Shown here in pieces: positions 1-7,850 of a DNA stretch of 60,981 nucleotides. The stretch is from Candidatus Omnitrophota bacterium (lineage in GTDB: Bacteria; Omnitrophota; Gorgyraeia; Gygaellales; Profunditerraquicolaceae): NCBI GenBank assembly GCA_037134795.1, contig JBAXLM010000001.1:1-60981 (forward strand), given 5' to 3'. Made by a program: the position numbers and the translations under genes. Position 1 is the first letter of the stretch. Every line of letters starts with the position of its first letter. The notes beneath the pieces are model-generated. The model was not told where the DNA came from. It saw only the letters and a list, made by a program, of their open reading frames with translations, and did no database searches.

Positions 1-94
1 AGCTCCATTGGCTAAAATCGACATTCGCTGCGAAAACCAGCAGAGGCATTTTATTCATATTGCTAGCGTATGGCTTGGCTTGGATTTGAGCAGT

Positions 95-131
95 TTTTGC
101 CTCGCAGGGGCAAAACAAGCGTCCCTGCGAG
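95..131. other. GC-rich non-coding segment with two mutually exclusive inverted repeats
   Basis: TTTTGCC (95-101) pairs with GGCAAAA (109-115). Overlapping CTCGCAGGG (101-109) pairs with CCCTGCGAG (123-131). No U-tract follows on either strand. Confidence 0.4.
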
Positions 132-160
132 AACCAAGACAAGGCAGACGCGTAGGATAA

Positions 161-529
161 TTACTTGCCTAGAACATCTTTGATGTTGAAGAGCAATCTT
201 TGGTAATCGATGGGTTTTTCTATGTAGACGGTGATCCCGCTTTTGGCGGCGATATGCTTATCAACTTCTTCGTGTTTTAAGGAAGTAGCGATAATGGGGG
301 TGTCTTTGAACTCCGGGAGAGACCTTATATCCTGCGCTACCTTGAAGCCACTTTCATCTGGTAAGACTAAATCTAAAAGTATACAATCAGGCGCTTCTTC
401 TTTTACTTTTTCAATCCCCTCTTTAGCACTGTAAGCAACTACTACTGTATAGCCTGCTTTAAGCAATTCTTCCTTGGTTTTTTTGACGGTATTATAATCA
501 TCATCAATGATGAGGATTTTTTTACCCAT
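161..529 (-). CDS. Stand-alone response regulator receiver domain (CheY-like)
   Basis: Receiver motifs KILIIDDD, ILLDLVLPDESG, PIIATS and a conserved K; no output domain. I prefer the ATG at 529 to the GTG at 544 used in the ORF track. Confidence 0.85.
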   Translation of the reverse strand: MGKKILIIDDDYNTVKKTKEELLKAGYTVVVAYSAKEGIEKVKEEAPDCILLDLVLPDESGFKVAQDIRSLPEFKDTPIIATSLKHEEVDKHIAAKSGITVYIEKPIDYQRLLFNIKDVLGK

Positions 530-535
530 GAGTAG

Positions 536-564
536 ATTATACACTATAAAAATAGAGAATACAA
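536..564 (-). promoter_or_regulatory. Sigma70-like promoter TTGTAT-17-TATAAT, ending 6 nt before the ATG at 529
   Basis: On the minus strand, the -35 is at 564-559 and the -10 TATAAT at 541-536. No SD lies between the -10 and the start codon. Confidence 0.5.
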
Positions 565-648
565 TTTGACTTTTTATAGTTAGATTTAAGTTAATTTAAC
601 GTCTATTTAAGTGAGGGCTCAACATAGGGAAAGCAGAAAGGGGGAACA

Positions 649-978
649 ATGCTTAATTTTACTCTGGAAGAAAAAAAGGTAATCCTATTTCTCTTGGCTA
701 TTGGTTTTTTTGGGGTATTTATCAATGTTCTAACTAAGTTAAATTGCCCGGTGAAAAAGTTGATTTGTCCGCAGGTAAGCTTAGCTAGGCTTGACTTAAA
801 TAAAATATCTTTAGAAGAGTTGCTTAAAACCAAATGCCTTCCGCAAAAAACTGCACAGCGTATTATCGCCTATCGGCTGGAGCATGGCGCGTTTGTTAAT
901 CTGGATGGGTTAAAAGAAGTCGGAGGCATTGGCGAAAAACGCTATGAGAAGTTAAAAGGGCTTTTTTTCGTGGAATGA
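649..978 (+). CDS. comEA: ComEA-like helix-hairpin-helix DNA-binding competence protein
   Basis: N-terminal TM segment. C-terminal HhH region LNKISLEELLKTKCLPQKTAQRIIAYR...GLKEVGGIGEKRYEKL. SD AAGGGGG upstream. Stop overlaps the comEC start (ATGA). Confidence 0.75.
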   Translation: MLNFTLEEKKVILFLLAIGFFGVFINVLTKLNCPVKKLICPQVSLARLDLNKISLEELLKTKCLPQKTAQRIIAYRLEHGAFVNLDGLKEVGGIGEKRYEKLKGLFFVE

Positions 979-2390
979 AAAGGTTACTTGCGGTATTGAC
1001 TGTATTTTATTGCTTAGGCATTATCCTGGTTAGCTTAATTTGGGTTAATGTTTGGTTAATTTTTGGGTTGTGGTTAGCCGTTTTTATCACTACTTGTTTT
1101 AGTTTAAGAAAACAATATCAATTTCTGATTTTGGTATTCTTATTAGCTACGCTTTTAGGAGGATATAGCGTAAAGAATTCCTATATACTTAGCGCCTGCC
1201 ACATTAGTAAGTTTGTGCAGTATAAAGACCGTAATATTTATAGTTTAAGCGGTTTTGTTGATAGCCTTCCAGAAGTAACGCAAACTGGCACTTCATTTAT
1301 TTTTCGCGCTCAAGAGCTCCAAGGCCACAATTTAAAGTGGCGTTGCTGTGGCAAAGTGCTGGTTAATTTAGATTTTCCACAAGCAGTAGGCTATGGAGAT
1401 AAACTTATTTTAATTGGTAATTTATCACGCCCCGCTGGATTTGGAGATAAGCGATACACCTACCGAGATTATTTGATGCGTCAGGGTATTTATTTGACGA
1501 TGCATATAAAAAGTAGCTTGCAAATCATTCTTCGGGAGAGGAATATGGGTGTTAAATTAATTGGGTTTTCTTTTTGGTTGAGAGAGGGAATGGAGAAAAT
1601 TATTAGCAGGTATCTTCCAGATTTACCCTCGGGCATTCTCTCCGCTATGGTTTTAGGCCAAAGGCGCGGGGTTCCCTGGTTGGTGAATAACGCGATGGTT
1701 AAATCCGGCACCGTGCATATTTTGGTAGTAAGCGGTTTTAATGTCGGGATTATCGCTTTTATTATTAACCTGTTATTTAAAATTATGCGTATCAAGCGCA
1801 ACGCGCGTATTATTCTTGTGGTAATCTGCCTTTTGATTTATTGCATGGTTACAGGCGCAACTAATCCCGTTGTGCGTGCTACGGTTATGGGGATAATATT
1901 CTTGCTTGCGCATATCTTTAAGAGGCAGCCGGATATGTATAATTCTTTGGCTTGCGCTGTTTTATTTATTCTTATTATTAATCCCAGGCAGCTTTTTGAT
2001 ATTGGTTTTCAGTTGTCTTTTGCCAGCGTGTTAGCAATTGTGTATTTTTATCCAAAACTAAAAACGTTTTTACGCATCCATAATTGTCGAAACAAAGTAT
2101 TGAGATTTATTGCTGAGGGGTTAGCGGTTTCTTTATCTGCTTGGCTGGGGACAATGGGGATTATTGCTTATAATTTCCGCATTATTTCTCCGGTAACGGT
2201 TTTAGCCAATATGTTGATTGTGCCGCTGGCTACTTTAATTACTTTATCTGGCTTTACCCTGGTTTTATCTGGGGTGTTTTTTCCCGCGTTAGCGCATTTT
2301 TCAAGTATAACTATTAGCATACTCATTACTCTGCTTTTGAATATAAACGCCTTAATTATCAGGCTTCCATTTGCCTATTTTTATTTATAG
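975..2390 (+). CDS. comEC: ComEC/Rec2 DNA internalisation channel, short form without a metallo-beta-lactamase domain
   Basis: Polytopic 471-aa protein with an N-terminal DUF4131-like region and a competence domain (GTVHILVVSGFNVG, NPVVRA). Synteny with comEA. Confidence 0.8.
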   Translation: MKRLLAVLTVFYCLGIILVSLIWVNVWLIFGLWLAVFITTCFSLRKQYQFLILVFLLATLLGGYSVKNSYILSACHISKFVQYKDRNIYSLSGFVDSLPEVTQTGTSFIFRAQELQGHNLKWRCCGKVLVNLDFPQAVGYGDKLILIGNLSRPAGFGDKRYTYRDYLMRQGIYLTMHIKSSLQIILRERNMGVKLIGFSFWLREGMEKIISRYLPDLPSGILSAMVLGQRRGVPWLVNNAMVKSGTVHILVVSGFNVGIIAFIINLLFKIMRIKRNARIILVVICLLIYCMVTGATNPVVRATVMGIIFLLAHIFKRQPDMYNSLACAVLFILIINPRQLFDIGFQLSFASVLAIVYFYPKLKTFLRIHNCRNKVLRFIAEGLAVSLSAWLGTMGIIAYNFRIISPVTVLANMLIVPLATLITLSGFTLVLSGVFFPALAHFSSITISILITLLLNINALIIRLPFAYFYL

Positions 2391-2519
2391 ATGTAAAGGT
2401 GTCGCAATTCAGCGGGTCCTGCCTGCCGAGCCACCTCGCCGTGCTCACTTACGTTGCGCGCGGCAAGGGCTTCGTCTCGACAGTCACCCGCTGCCTATAC
2501 CCCGCGTTCACTTTTACCT
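2391..2519 (+). other. GC-rich, multi-stem structured intergenic element (candidate ncRNA or REP-like element)
   Basis: Visibly more GC-rich than its flanks. Long-range stem CAGCGGGT (2410-2417) / ACCCGCTG (2486-2493). Inner hairpin GCCGTGC...GCGCGGC. Outer AAAGGT/ACCTTT pairing. Confidence 0.45.
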
Positions 2520-2548
2520 TTGACAAAGGGCGATGGCTATGCTAAATT
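2520..2548 (+). promoter_or_regulatory. Sigma70-like promoter TTGACA-17-TAAATT, 9 nt upstream of the bamD ATG
   Basis: TTGACA at 2520-2525, TAAATT at 2543-2548, ATG at 2558. No SD in between. Confidence 0.55.
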
Positions 2549-2557
2549 CATAATATT

Positions 2558-3508
2558 ATGAAACGAATAATCTTAAGTATATTAATAATTTCTTTTCTTT
2601 GGATTCAGCCGGCTCACTCTTTTTGGATTTGGACTCCTAAAACAGGTAAATGGATCAATCCTAAGAACCTGCCTAAAGATAATCCCAAAGAGCAGTTTGC
2701 CTATGCTAAATCATTTTATGATATTAATAAATTTGAAGAAGCTAAGCGTGAATTTCGTAAATTGCTTAAAGCCTATCCTAAATCAGCTGAGGCCGCAGAA
2801 GGCCAGTATTATTTGGGTTTAACTGAAGAGCAGGAGGGGAAATTTTACGAAGCTTATCAGGCATATCAGATGCTGATTGATAAATATCCTTTTAGCGAAC
2901 GCATTCAGGAGGTTATCGAGCGGGAGTATAAGATTGCTGAGAAGTTTATGGCGGGGGAGAAGCGTAAGGCCTTTGGCGTAACTTTACCTGTGGATAACCC
3001 GGCGATTGAAATATTTGGTAAAGTAGTAGAGAATTCTACTTATGGCCCATTAGCTCCCAAAGCACAGTATAAATTAGGCTTGGTTTTAAAGGCCCTATTG
3101 CGTTATTATGAAGCAGAGGATGAGTTTAATAAAGTTATCTCCCGTTATCCAGATAGTGAATGGTCAGATGCAGCTAAATTTCAGATTGCGTCTTGCCGGG
3201 CAAGCTTATCCAAGGGCGCTGCTTATGATCAAGGTTCAGCCCAAGAAGCAAAAGAGAAGTTTGCGGCTTTTGTGAAAGAGCATCCTGATGCAGTGCTTTC
3301 TCTTGATGCCGAAAAGAATATTGGCCAGATCAGAGAAAAAGAGGCAGAGGCAAGCTATAATATTGCCTGTTTCTATGAAAAACAACTTGCCTTGGACGCA
3401 GCTAAGATCTATTATAATGATGTAATCAATAATTACGCAGAAAGCCCTTGGGCTATACAAGCTGCGGCGAAATTGCAGATAATGGAGCTTAAAAATGAAA
3501 AAAATTAA
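2558..3508 (+). CDS. bamD: Outer membrane assembly lipoprotein BamD/YfiO-like (TPR)
   Basis: Signal peptide followed by TPR-like repeats (FAYAKSFYDINKFEEAKREFRKLLKAYPKS..., YKLGLVL..., YNIACFYEKQ). Size and architecture are typical of BamD. Confidence 0.7.
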   Translation: MKRIILSILIISFLWIQPAHSFWIWTPKTGKWINPKNLPKDNPKEQFAYAKSFYDINKFEEAKREFRKLLKAYPKSAEAAEGQYYLGLTEEQEGKFYEAYQAYQMLIDKYPFSERIQEVIEREYKIAEKFMAGEKRKAFGVTLPVDNPAIEIFGKVVENSTYGPLAPKAQYKLGLVLKALLRYYEAEDEFNKVISRYPDSEWSDAAKFQIASCRASLSKGAAYDQGSAQEAKEKFAAFVKEHPDAVLSLDAEKNIGQIREKEAEASYNIACFYEKQLALDAAKIYYNDVINNYAESPWAIQAAAKLQIMELKNEKN

Positions 3509-4064
3509 ATTTTTTTTATCGCTAACTACTATATTTTATCTACTAACTACTGTTTTATCCGGTTGCGGTTATACTACGCGTTCCATGCTTTCCGGAAAAT
3601 ATAGTACAGTTTATATAACTCCGTTCTTAAATAAAGTTGATATAACCCAGGAAAGTTATTCTGCCAGTAAATACCGTATTTATCGCCCGATGCTAGAAAC
3701 CAATATTACGAAAAGGGTGATTAACCGCTATCTTTTTGACGGTAATCTTAAGCCGGTTAAAGAAGAGAAGGCTGATCTCCTGCTTAAAGGGGAGTTGGTA
3801 GAGTATCGTAAAGATCCTTTAACTTACACTTCGGATGGTAATGATGTTACTGAGTACCGTATAAATATTTATGTGAATTTAAGCCTTTGGGATACCAAGG
3901 AGAATAAACTGCTTTGGCAGGAGAACAACTTTAACGGCAACTATTCATACTTTACTAGCCTTGCTTCTAATAATGTGATTAAGGTATCCGAAGATGTAGC
4001 TGTGACTAATGCGATAGAGGATTTGGCGCGTCGCATTGTCGAGCGCACAGTTGAGCAATGGTAA
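3495..4064 (+). CDS. lptE: LptE-like LPS-assembly lipoprotein
   Basis: Lipobox LSGCGY. About 190 aa. Sits immediately upstream of holA, as in the conserved lptE-holA arrangement. Confidence 0.5.
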   Translation: MKKIKFFLSLTTIFYLLTTVLSGCGYTTRSMLSGKYSTVYITPFLNKVDITQESYSASKYRIYRPMLETNITKRVINRYLFDGNLKPVKEEKADLLLKGELVEYRKDPLTYTSDGNDVTEYRINIYVNLSLWDTKENKLLWQENNFNGNYSYFTSLASNNVIKVSEDVAVTNAIEDLARRIVERTVEQW

Positions 4065-4065
4065 T

Positions 4066-4704
4066 ATGGTTTATTTATTTATCGGCCAGGATCCCGCGCT
4101 TAAAGAAATCCAGCTTAATAAAATAAAGCAGGAATTCCTTCCTCAAAAACTTCGAGAGTTTAATTTAGATGTACTTTACTCTAAGGAAATAAATTTAAAA
4201 GCGATCCAGGAGAAGTTTCTCTCCCTTCCGTTAAAAAGCGCCAAACGCATTATTGTAATTAAAGACGCGCAATCCTTAGATGAGCAATCCCGTGATTTTC
4301 TGCTTAACTATTCTAAGTCGCCGCGGCAAGAGTTGGTTCTGGTTCTTGATTTCGAACATTATGATTATAAAGATGAGTTTATTAAAAGCATGGCGGCTTA
4401 TTCTAAAGTCATGCGTTTTCAGCAAACAGTTGACCCTGATACATTCACCTTAAACCGGCAGATTGAGTTAGGAAAAGCAGATTTTGCCCTGCGCCTGCTA
4501 AATCAGTTATTAAGTAACGGAGAGCCTGCGGAGAAGATATTAGGAGGTTTGCGTTATGCCTGGGAAAGGCAAAATATCCAAACGCTACAGGCCAAAAAGA
4601 AGCTCAAGCTTCTTTTGACTTGTGATATAGAAATAAAAACAGGCAGGCTAAAGCCTGCCTTTGCCTTGGAAAAATTAATAATTAGTTTATGCGGATTTGT
4701 TTAA
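4066..4704 (+). CDS. holA: DNA polymerase III delta subunit, short form
   Basis: N-terminus MVYLFIGQDPALKE... is typical of HolA. The ATG at 4066 lies one nt after the lptE stop; the TTG at 4036 in the ORF track was rejected. Only about 212 aa. Confidence 0.6.
   Translation: MVYLFIGQDPALKEIQLNKIKQEFLPQKLREFNLDVLYSKEINLKAIQEKFLSLPLKSAKRIIVIKDAQSLDEQSRDFLLNYSKSPRQELVLVLDFEHYDYKDEFIKSMAAYSKVMRFQQTVDPDTFTLNRQIELGKADFALRLLNQLLSNGEPAEKILGGLRYAWERQNIQTLQAKKKLKLLLTCDIEIKTGRLKPAFALEKLIISLCGFV
4631..4660 (-). terminator. Intrinsic terminator of rpsT embedded in the 3' end of the holA coding sequence
   Basis: Perfect 8-bp stem AGGCAGGC (4641-4648) / GCCTGCCT (4653-4660) with loop TAAA. On the minus strand it is followed by GTTTTTATTT (4640-4631). 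It lies 27 nt after the rpsT stop. Confidence 0.65.
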
Positions 4705-4950
4705 ACGCCGCATAAGCCTAGATTTTCTACGGTTAGCTGTAGCGGGATGGATGATGTTTTTCTTTGCTGCTTTGTCTAACTGAGAACATACCTTAGCAAT
4801 AAATTTTTTTGCTTCGTCACTCTTTTTTTCAGAAAGTAGTTCCTGGAATTTCTTTATTGCTTTTTTAAGCGTGACTTTGACCTTGAGATTGCGGGTATGT
4901 TTTCTTTTGTTAACACGGTTACTTTTTAATGATGTTCTGCGTCTAGGCAT
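4687..4950 (-). CDS. rpsT: 30S ribosomal protein S20
   Basis: An 87-aa, highly basic protein: MPRRRTSLKSNRVNKRKHTRN...ANRRKSRL. Confidence 0.9.
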   Translation of the reverse strand: MPRRRTSLKSNRVNKRKHTRNLKVKVTLKKAIKKFQELLSEKKSDEAKKFIAKVCSQLDKAAKKNIIHPATANRRKSRLMRRLNKSA

Positions 4951-4998
4951 ATATTCTCCTTAAGTTTAACTTAAATATTAAAGCATAATTCATTACTC

Positions 4999-6573
4999 AT
5001 GTCAACAAACAAATATCATCTAGGAGATCATAACAAAGCAGTCGCCCGTTGGGCAATGCTTATCGGTTCAGCTACCCTGGTTTCGCGTATATTAGGTTTT
5101 ATTCGCGATGTAATTATCGCCCGCCTGTTCGGTATTTATATTTACGCGCAAGCCTTTGTAATTGCTTTTCGTATCCCCAACCTCTTCCGGGATTTAGTGG
5201 GTGAGGGCGCAGCAAACGCCGCGATTGTCCCAGTTTTAACTGAATACAGCATTAAACGCTCAAAAGAAGAATTTTGGGAGTTAACCAATGTTTTGCTTAA
5301 TCTGCTGTTGGTTATCTTAAGCGTGATAACTTTTTTCGGGGTACTTTCCGCGCCTCTACTTGTGCGCCTGATTGCTCCGGGTTTTATGAGTTCCCCTGAA
5401 AAGTTAGAAGTAACCATTAATTTAACCCGGATTATTTTCCCCTATATTTTACTTATTGGTTTGGCAGCTTATGCCATGGCTGTTTTGAATTCTTTAAAGA
5501 ATTTCGCTGTTTCGGCATTTGCTCCTTGTCTTTTAAATATTTCTATAATTATTTTTGCTTTACTTTTTGGGGAAGGGACAAAAGGGTTAGCTACGGGTAT
5601 TTTAGTAGGCGGAATTCTTCAATTGGCAGTTCAGGTCCCGGTTTTATATAAAAAAGGTTTTCATGCCAAGCTGGCAATGCATTTTAAGCATCCAGGAGCA
5701 ATCCAGGTTGGGAAGTTAATGTTGCCGCGTTTGGCTAGCTCTAGCATTTATCAATTAAATAATTTTGTGGATTCAATCTTCGGCTCACTAGCCGGGATTG
5801 TGGGAGATGGCGGAGTTGCGGTGCTCTATTTTTCGTACAGGCTTATTCAGTTTCCCATAGGTATATTTAGCAATTCTCTGGCGCAGGCGATTTTACCTAC
5901 TTTTTCTACGCAAGTATTAGAGGAGAATCAAGAAAACCTTAAAATTACTCTTTCCTGGGGATTAAGAATAATTTTCTTTGTGATGTTGCCAGCAACCGTG
6001 ATCTTTATGGTTTTGGCTGATGGGTTAGTTTTTGGCCTTTTTGGCGGAGGGAGATTTGATTTGGCTAGCGGGTTGCTTACTGCCAACGCTTTATTTTATT
6101 ACAGTATTGGTTTATCTGCTTATGCGGGCACGAAGATATTGCAATCTTGTTTTTTCGCGTTAAAAGACACAGTTACTCCTACTAAGATCGCCTTTCTTGC
6201 TCTGGTTATGAATATCGTGCTTAATGCGATTTTGATGTTTCCACTTAAAATTGGAGGCCTGGCCTTAGCTACTTCTATATCAGGGATAAATTCGTTTTTT
6301 TTCCTATTTTTTATTCTTAAGCGCAAGTTGGGAGGGTTTGGAGAGCAAAAGATATTTCCTGCTTTTTTACGCATGCTCGCCGCAGCGGTTTGTATGGCAG
6401 TAGTATGTTTTTTGGTTAACCGCGCATTAAACTTTATCTGGGCGTTATTTTGTGGGGTGTTTTCTTATATTATTTTTTGTTTTATTTTTCGCGTAACTGA
6501 GCTCAAGGAACTTATACATTGGATAATTAAAAAAAATATCAAGGCGCCCTCATGGACTACTCACAAACAATAA
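4999..6573 (+). CDS. murJ: Lipid II flippase MurJ/MviN
   Basis: A 524-aa polytopic protein. N-terminal SRILGFIRDVIIARLFG and FVIAFRIPNLFRDLVGEGA are MurJ hallmarks. Confidence 0.9.
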   Translation: MSTNKYHLGDHNKAVARWAMLIGSATLVSRILGFIRDVIIARLFGIYIYAQAFVIAFRIPNLFRDLVGEGAANAAIVPVLTEYSIKRSKEEFWELTNVLLNLLLVILSVITFFGVLSAPLLVRLIAPGFMSSPEKLEVTINLTRIIFPYILLIGLAAYAMAVLNSLKNFAVSAFAPCLLNISIIIFALLFGEGTKGLATGILVGGILQLAVQVPVLYKKGFHAKLAMHFKHPGAIQVGKLMLPRLASSSIYQLNNFVDSIFGSLAGIVGDGGVAVLYFSYRLIQFPIGIFSNSLAQAILPTFSTQVLEENQENLKITLSWGLRIIFFVMLPATVIFMVLADGLVFGLFGGGRFDLASGLLTANALFYYSIGLSAYAGTKILQSCFFALKDTVTPTKIAFLALVMNIVLNAILMFPLKIGGLALATSISGINSFFFLFFILKRKLGGFGEQKIFPAFLRMLAAAVCMAVVCFLVNRALNFIWALFCGVFSYIIFCFIFRVTELKELIHWIIKKNIKAPSWTTHKQ

Positions 6574-7844
6574 AAGAAAAGATTTTATCTGCTGGCGAAT
6601 CCCCGGGCGTTTATCTGATGCGTGATGCCGCGGGTGTTGTTCAATATGTAGGTAAGGCTAAGAATTTAAAGAAAAGGCTGTTGAGCTATTTACCCGGCCT
6701 TATCGGAAAGGCCGGTACGCGCCGCTGCGCAGTACGTACAGGCCTTCCGCGTAAAACCGCTGCTCTTATGCAAAAGGTGGCCGATGTGGAGCTTAGATTG
6801 TGCGCAAGTGAAGATCTGGCTTTGTTGCTTGAAGCCAGCCTTATTCGTCAACTTAAACCCAGGTATAATGTTTCTTTGCGGGATGATAAAAGCTTTCCTT
6901 GCGTTAAGATTTCCGGTGAAGATTTCCCTGCCGTTTATATCACGCGCAAGAAAGATGATTTGGGCGCGCGGTACATCGGCCCGTATACTAATGCTAAGTT
7001 ATTAAAAAACGCTCTTAAGATTATTAGGTCAAGCGGTTTTGCCTACAGGTCATGTAAGCGCATGCCTAAGCGAAGCTGTGTTTATCATAAAATAAACCTT
7101 TGTCCTGCTTGTTGTATTGGCGCAATTAGCGTCAAAGAATATGCGCGTAATATCGACAATATTATTTTAATTTTAAATGGAAAAACTGATTTGTTAATTC
7201 GTAATTTAACTAGCTTCATGCAGGATAGATCTCAGGCCATGGATTTTGAGGCGGCGGCTAGATTACGTGATCAGATCACAGTTTTATCCGAATCGCTAGG
7301 CGTTTCTGGCCCAAGAGGGGTAAACCGTAAAAAAGAGTCGGAGGATTTAAAAAATAAATTAGGTTTAAGCAAGCTGCCCGTAAGGATTGAAGGGTTTGAT
7401 ATATCTAATATCTCCGGGAATCAGGCTGTTGGTTCAATGGTAAGTTTTTATAATGGCACTCCGGATAAGAATAATTACCGGCGTTTCCGCATAAAAACTG
7501 TTTGCGGTATTGATGATTATAAAATGCTTGCTGAAGTAGTGCGCCGGCGTTACACGCGTATTCTTAAAGAAGAGGGGATTTTACCGGATCTATTGCTTAT
7601 CGACGGAGGGAAGGGGCAGCTTCAGGCGGCAGTTAAGCAGCTTGAATATTTGCATCTTAAACTTCCTGTAGTTAGTATCGCTAAAAAAAACGAGTATATA
7701 TATAGTAGTTGTAAATCTCATCATTTAAAATTTCTAGAAGATACCCCGGCAATAAACTTAATACGCAGAGTGCGTGATGAGGCGCATAGGTTTGCCCTGG
7801 CTTATCATCAGTTGTTACGTAAAAGAGCGTTAATCGGAGGCTAG
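6552..7844 (+). CDS. uvrC: UvrC-like excinuclease subunit, short form lacking the C-terminal (HhH)2 domain
   Basis: GIY-YIG region (GVYLMRDAAGVVQYVGKAKNLKKR...LKPRYN), UVR motif (DFEAAARLRDQI) and endonuclease region (IEGFDISNISG...YRRFRIK...IDGGKGQL). Ends at aa 430 with no HhH. Confidence 0.8.
   Translation: MDYSQTIKEKILSAGESPGVYLMRDAAGVVQYVGKAKNLKKRLLSYLPGLIGKAGTRRCAVRTGLPRKTAALMQKVADVELRLCASEDLALLLEASLIRQLKPRYNVSLRDDKSFPCVKISGEDFPAVYITRKKDDLGARYIGPYTNAKLLKNALKIIRSSGFAYRSCKRMPKRSCVYHKINLCPACCIGAISVKEYARNIDNIILILNGKTDLLIRNLTSFMQDRSQAMDFEAAARLRDQITVLSESLGVSGPRGVNRKKESEDLKNKLGLSKLPVRIEGFDISNISGNQAVGSMVSFYNGTPDKNNYRRFRIKTVCGIDDYKMLAEVVRRRYTRILKEEGILPDLLLIDGGKGQLQAAVKQLEYLHLKLPVVSIAKKNEYIYSSCKSHHLKFLEDTPAINLIRRVRDEAHRFALAYHQLLRKRALIGG
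6694..6715. repeat. Perfect 8-bp inverted repeat inside a GC-rich in-frame insertion of uvrC
   Basis: CCGGCCTT (6694-6701), loop ATCGGA, then AAGGCCGG (6708-6715). It lies within codons 48-66 (PGLIGKAGTRRCAVRTGLP). Confidence 0.7.
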
Positions 7845-7850
7845 AGAACC

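Noticed and set aside
131-156. CAAGGCAGACGCG resembles part of the 3' strand of SRP (4.5S) RNA domain IV (CCAAGGCAGAUGACGCG).
   Set aside because: The diagnostic GNAR-tetraloop helix with a paired 5' strand (…GGUCC-GGAA-GGAAGCAGCC) cannot be drawn. The GAAA at about 41-44 has no closing base pairs.
2-160. An open reading frame with no stop codon from the window edge to 160 on the plus strand (…APLAKIDIRCENQQRH…RRVG*), possibly the 3' end of a gene.
   Set aside because: Fifty-two stop-free codons in one of six frames of a GC-richer segment is not statistically remarkable. The peptide has no protein-like pattern, and the region is full of inverted repeats. It is treated as non-coding, but the question stays open until the contig is extended.
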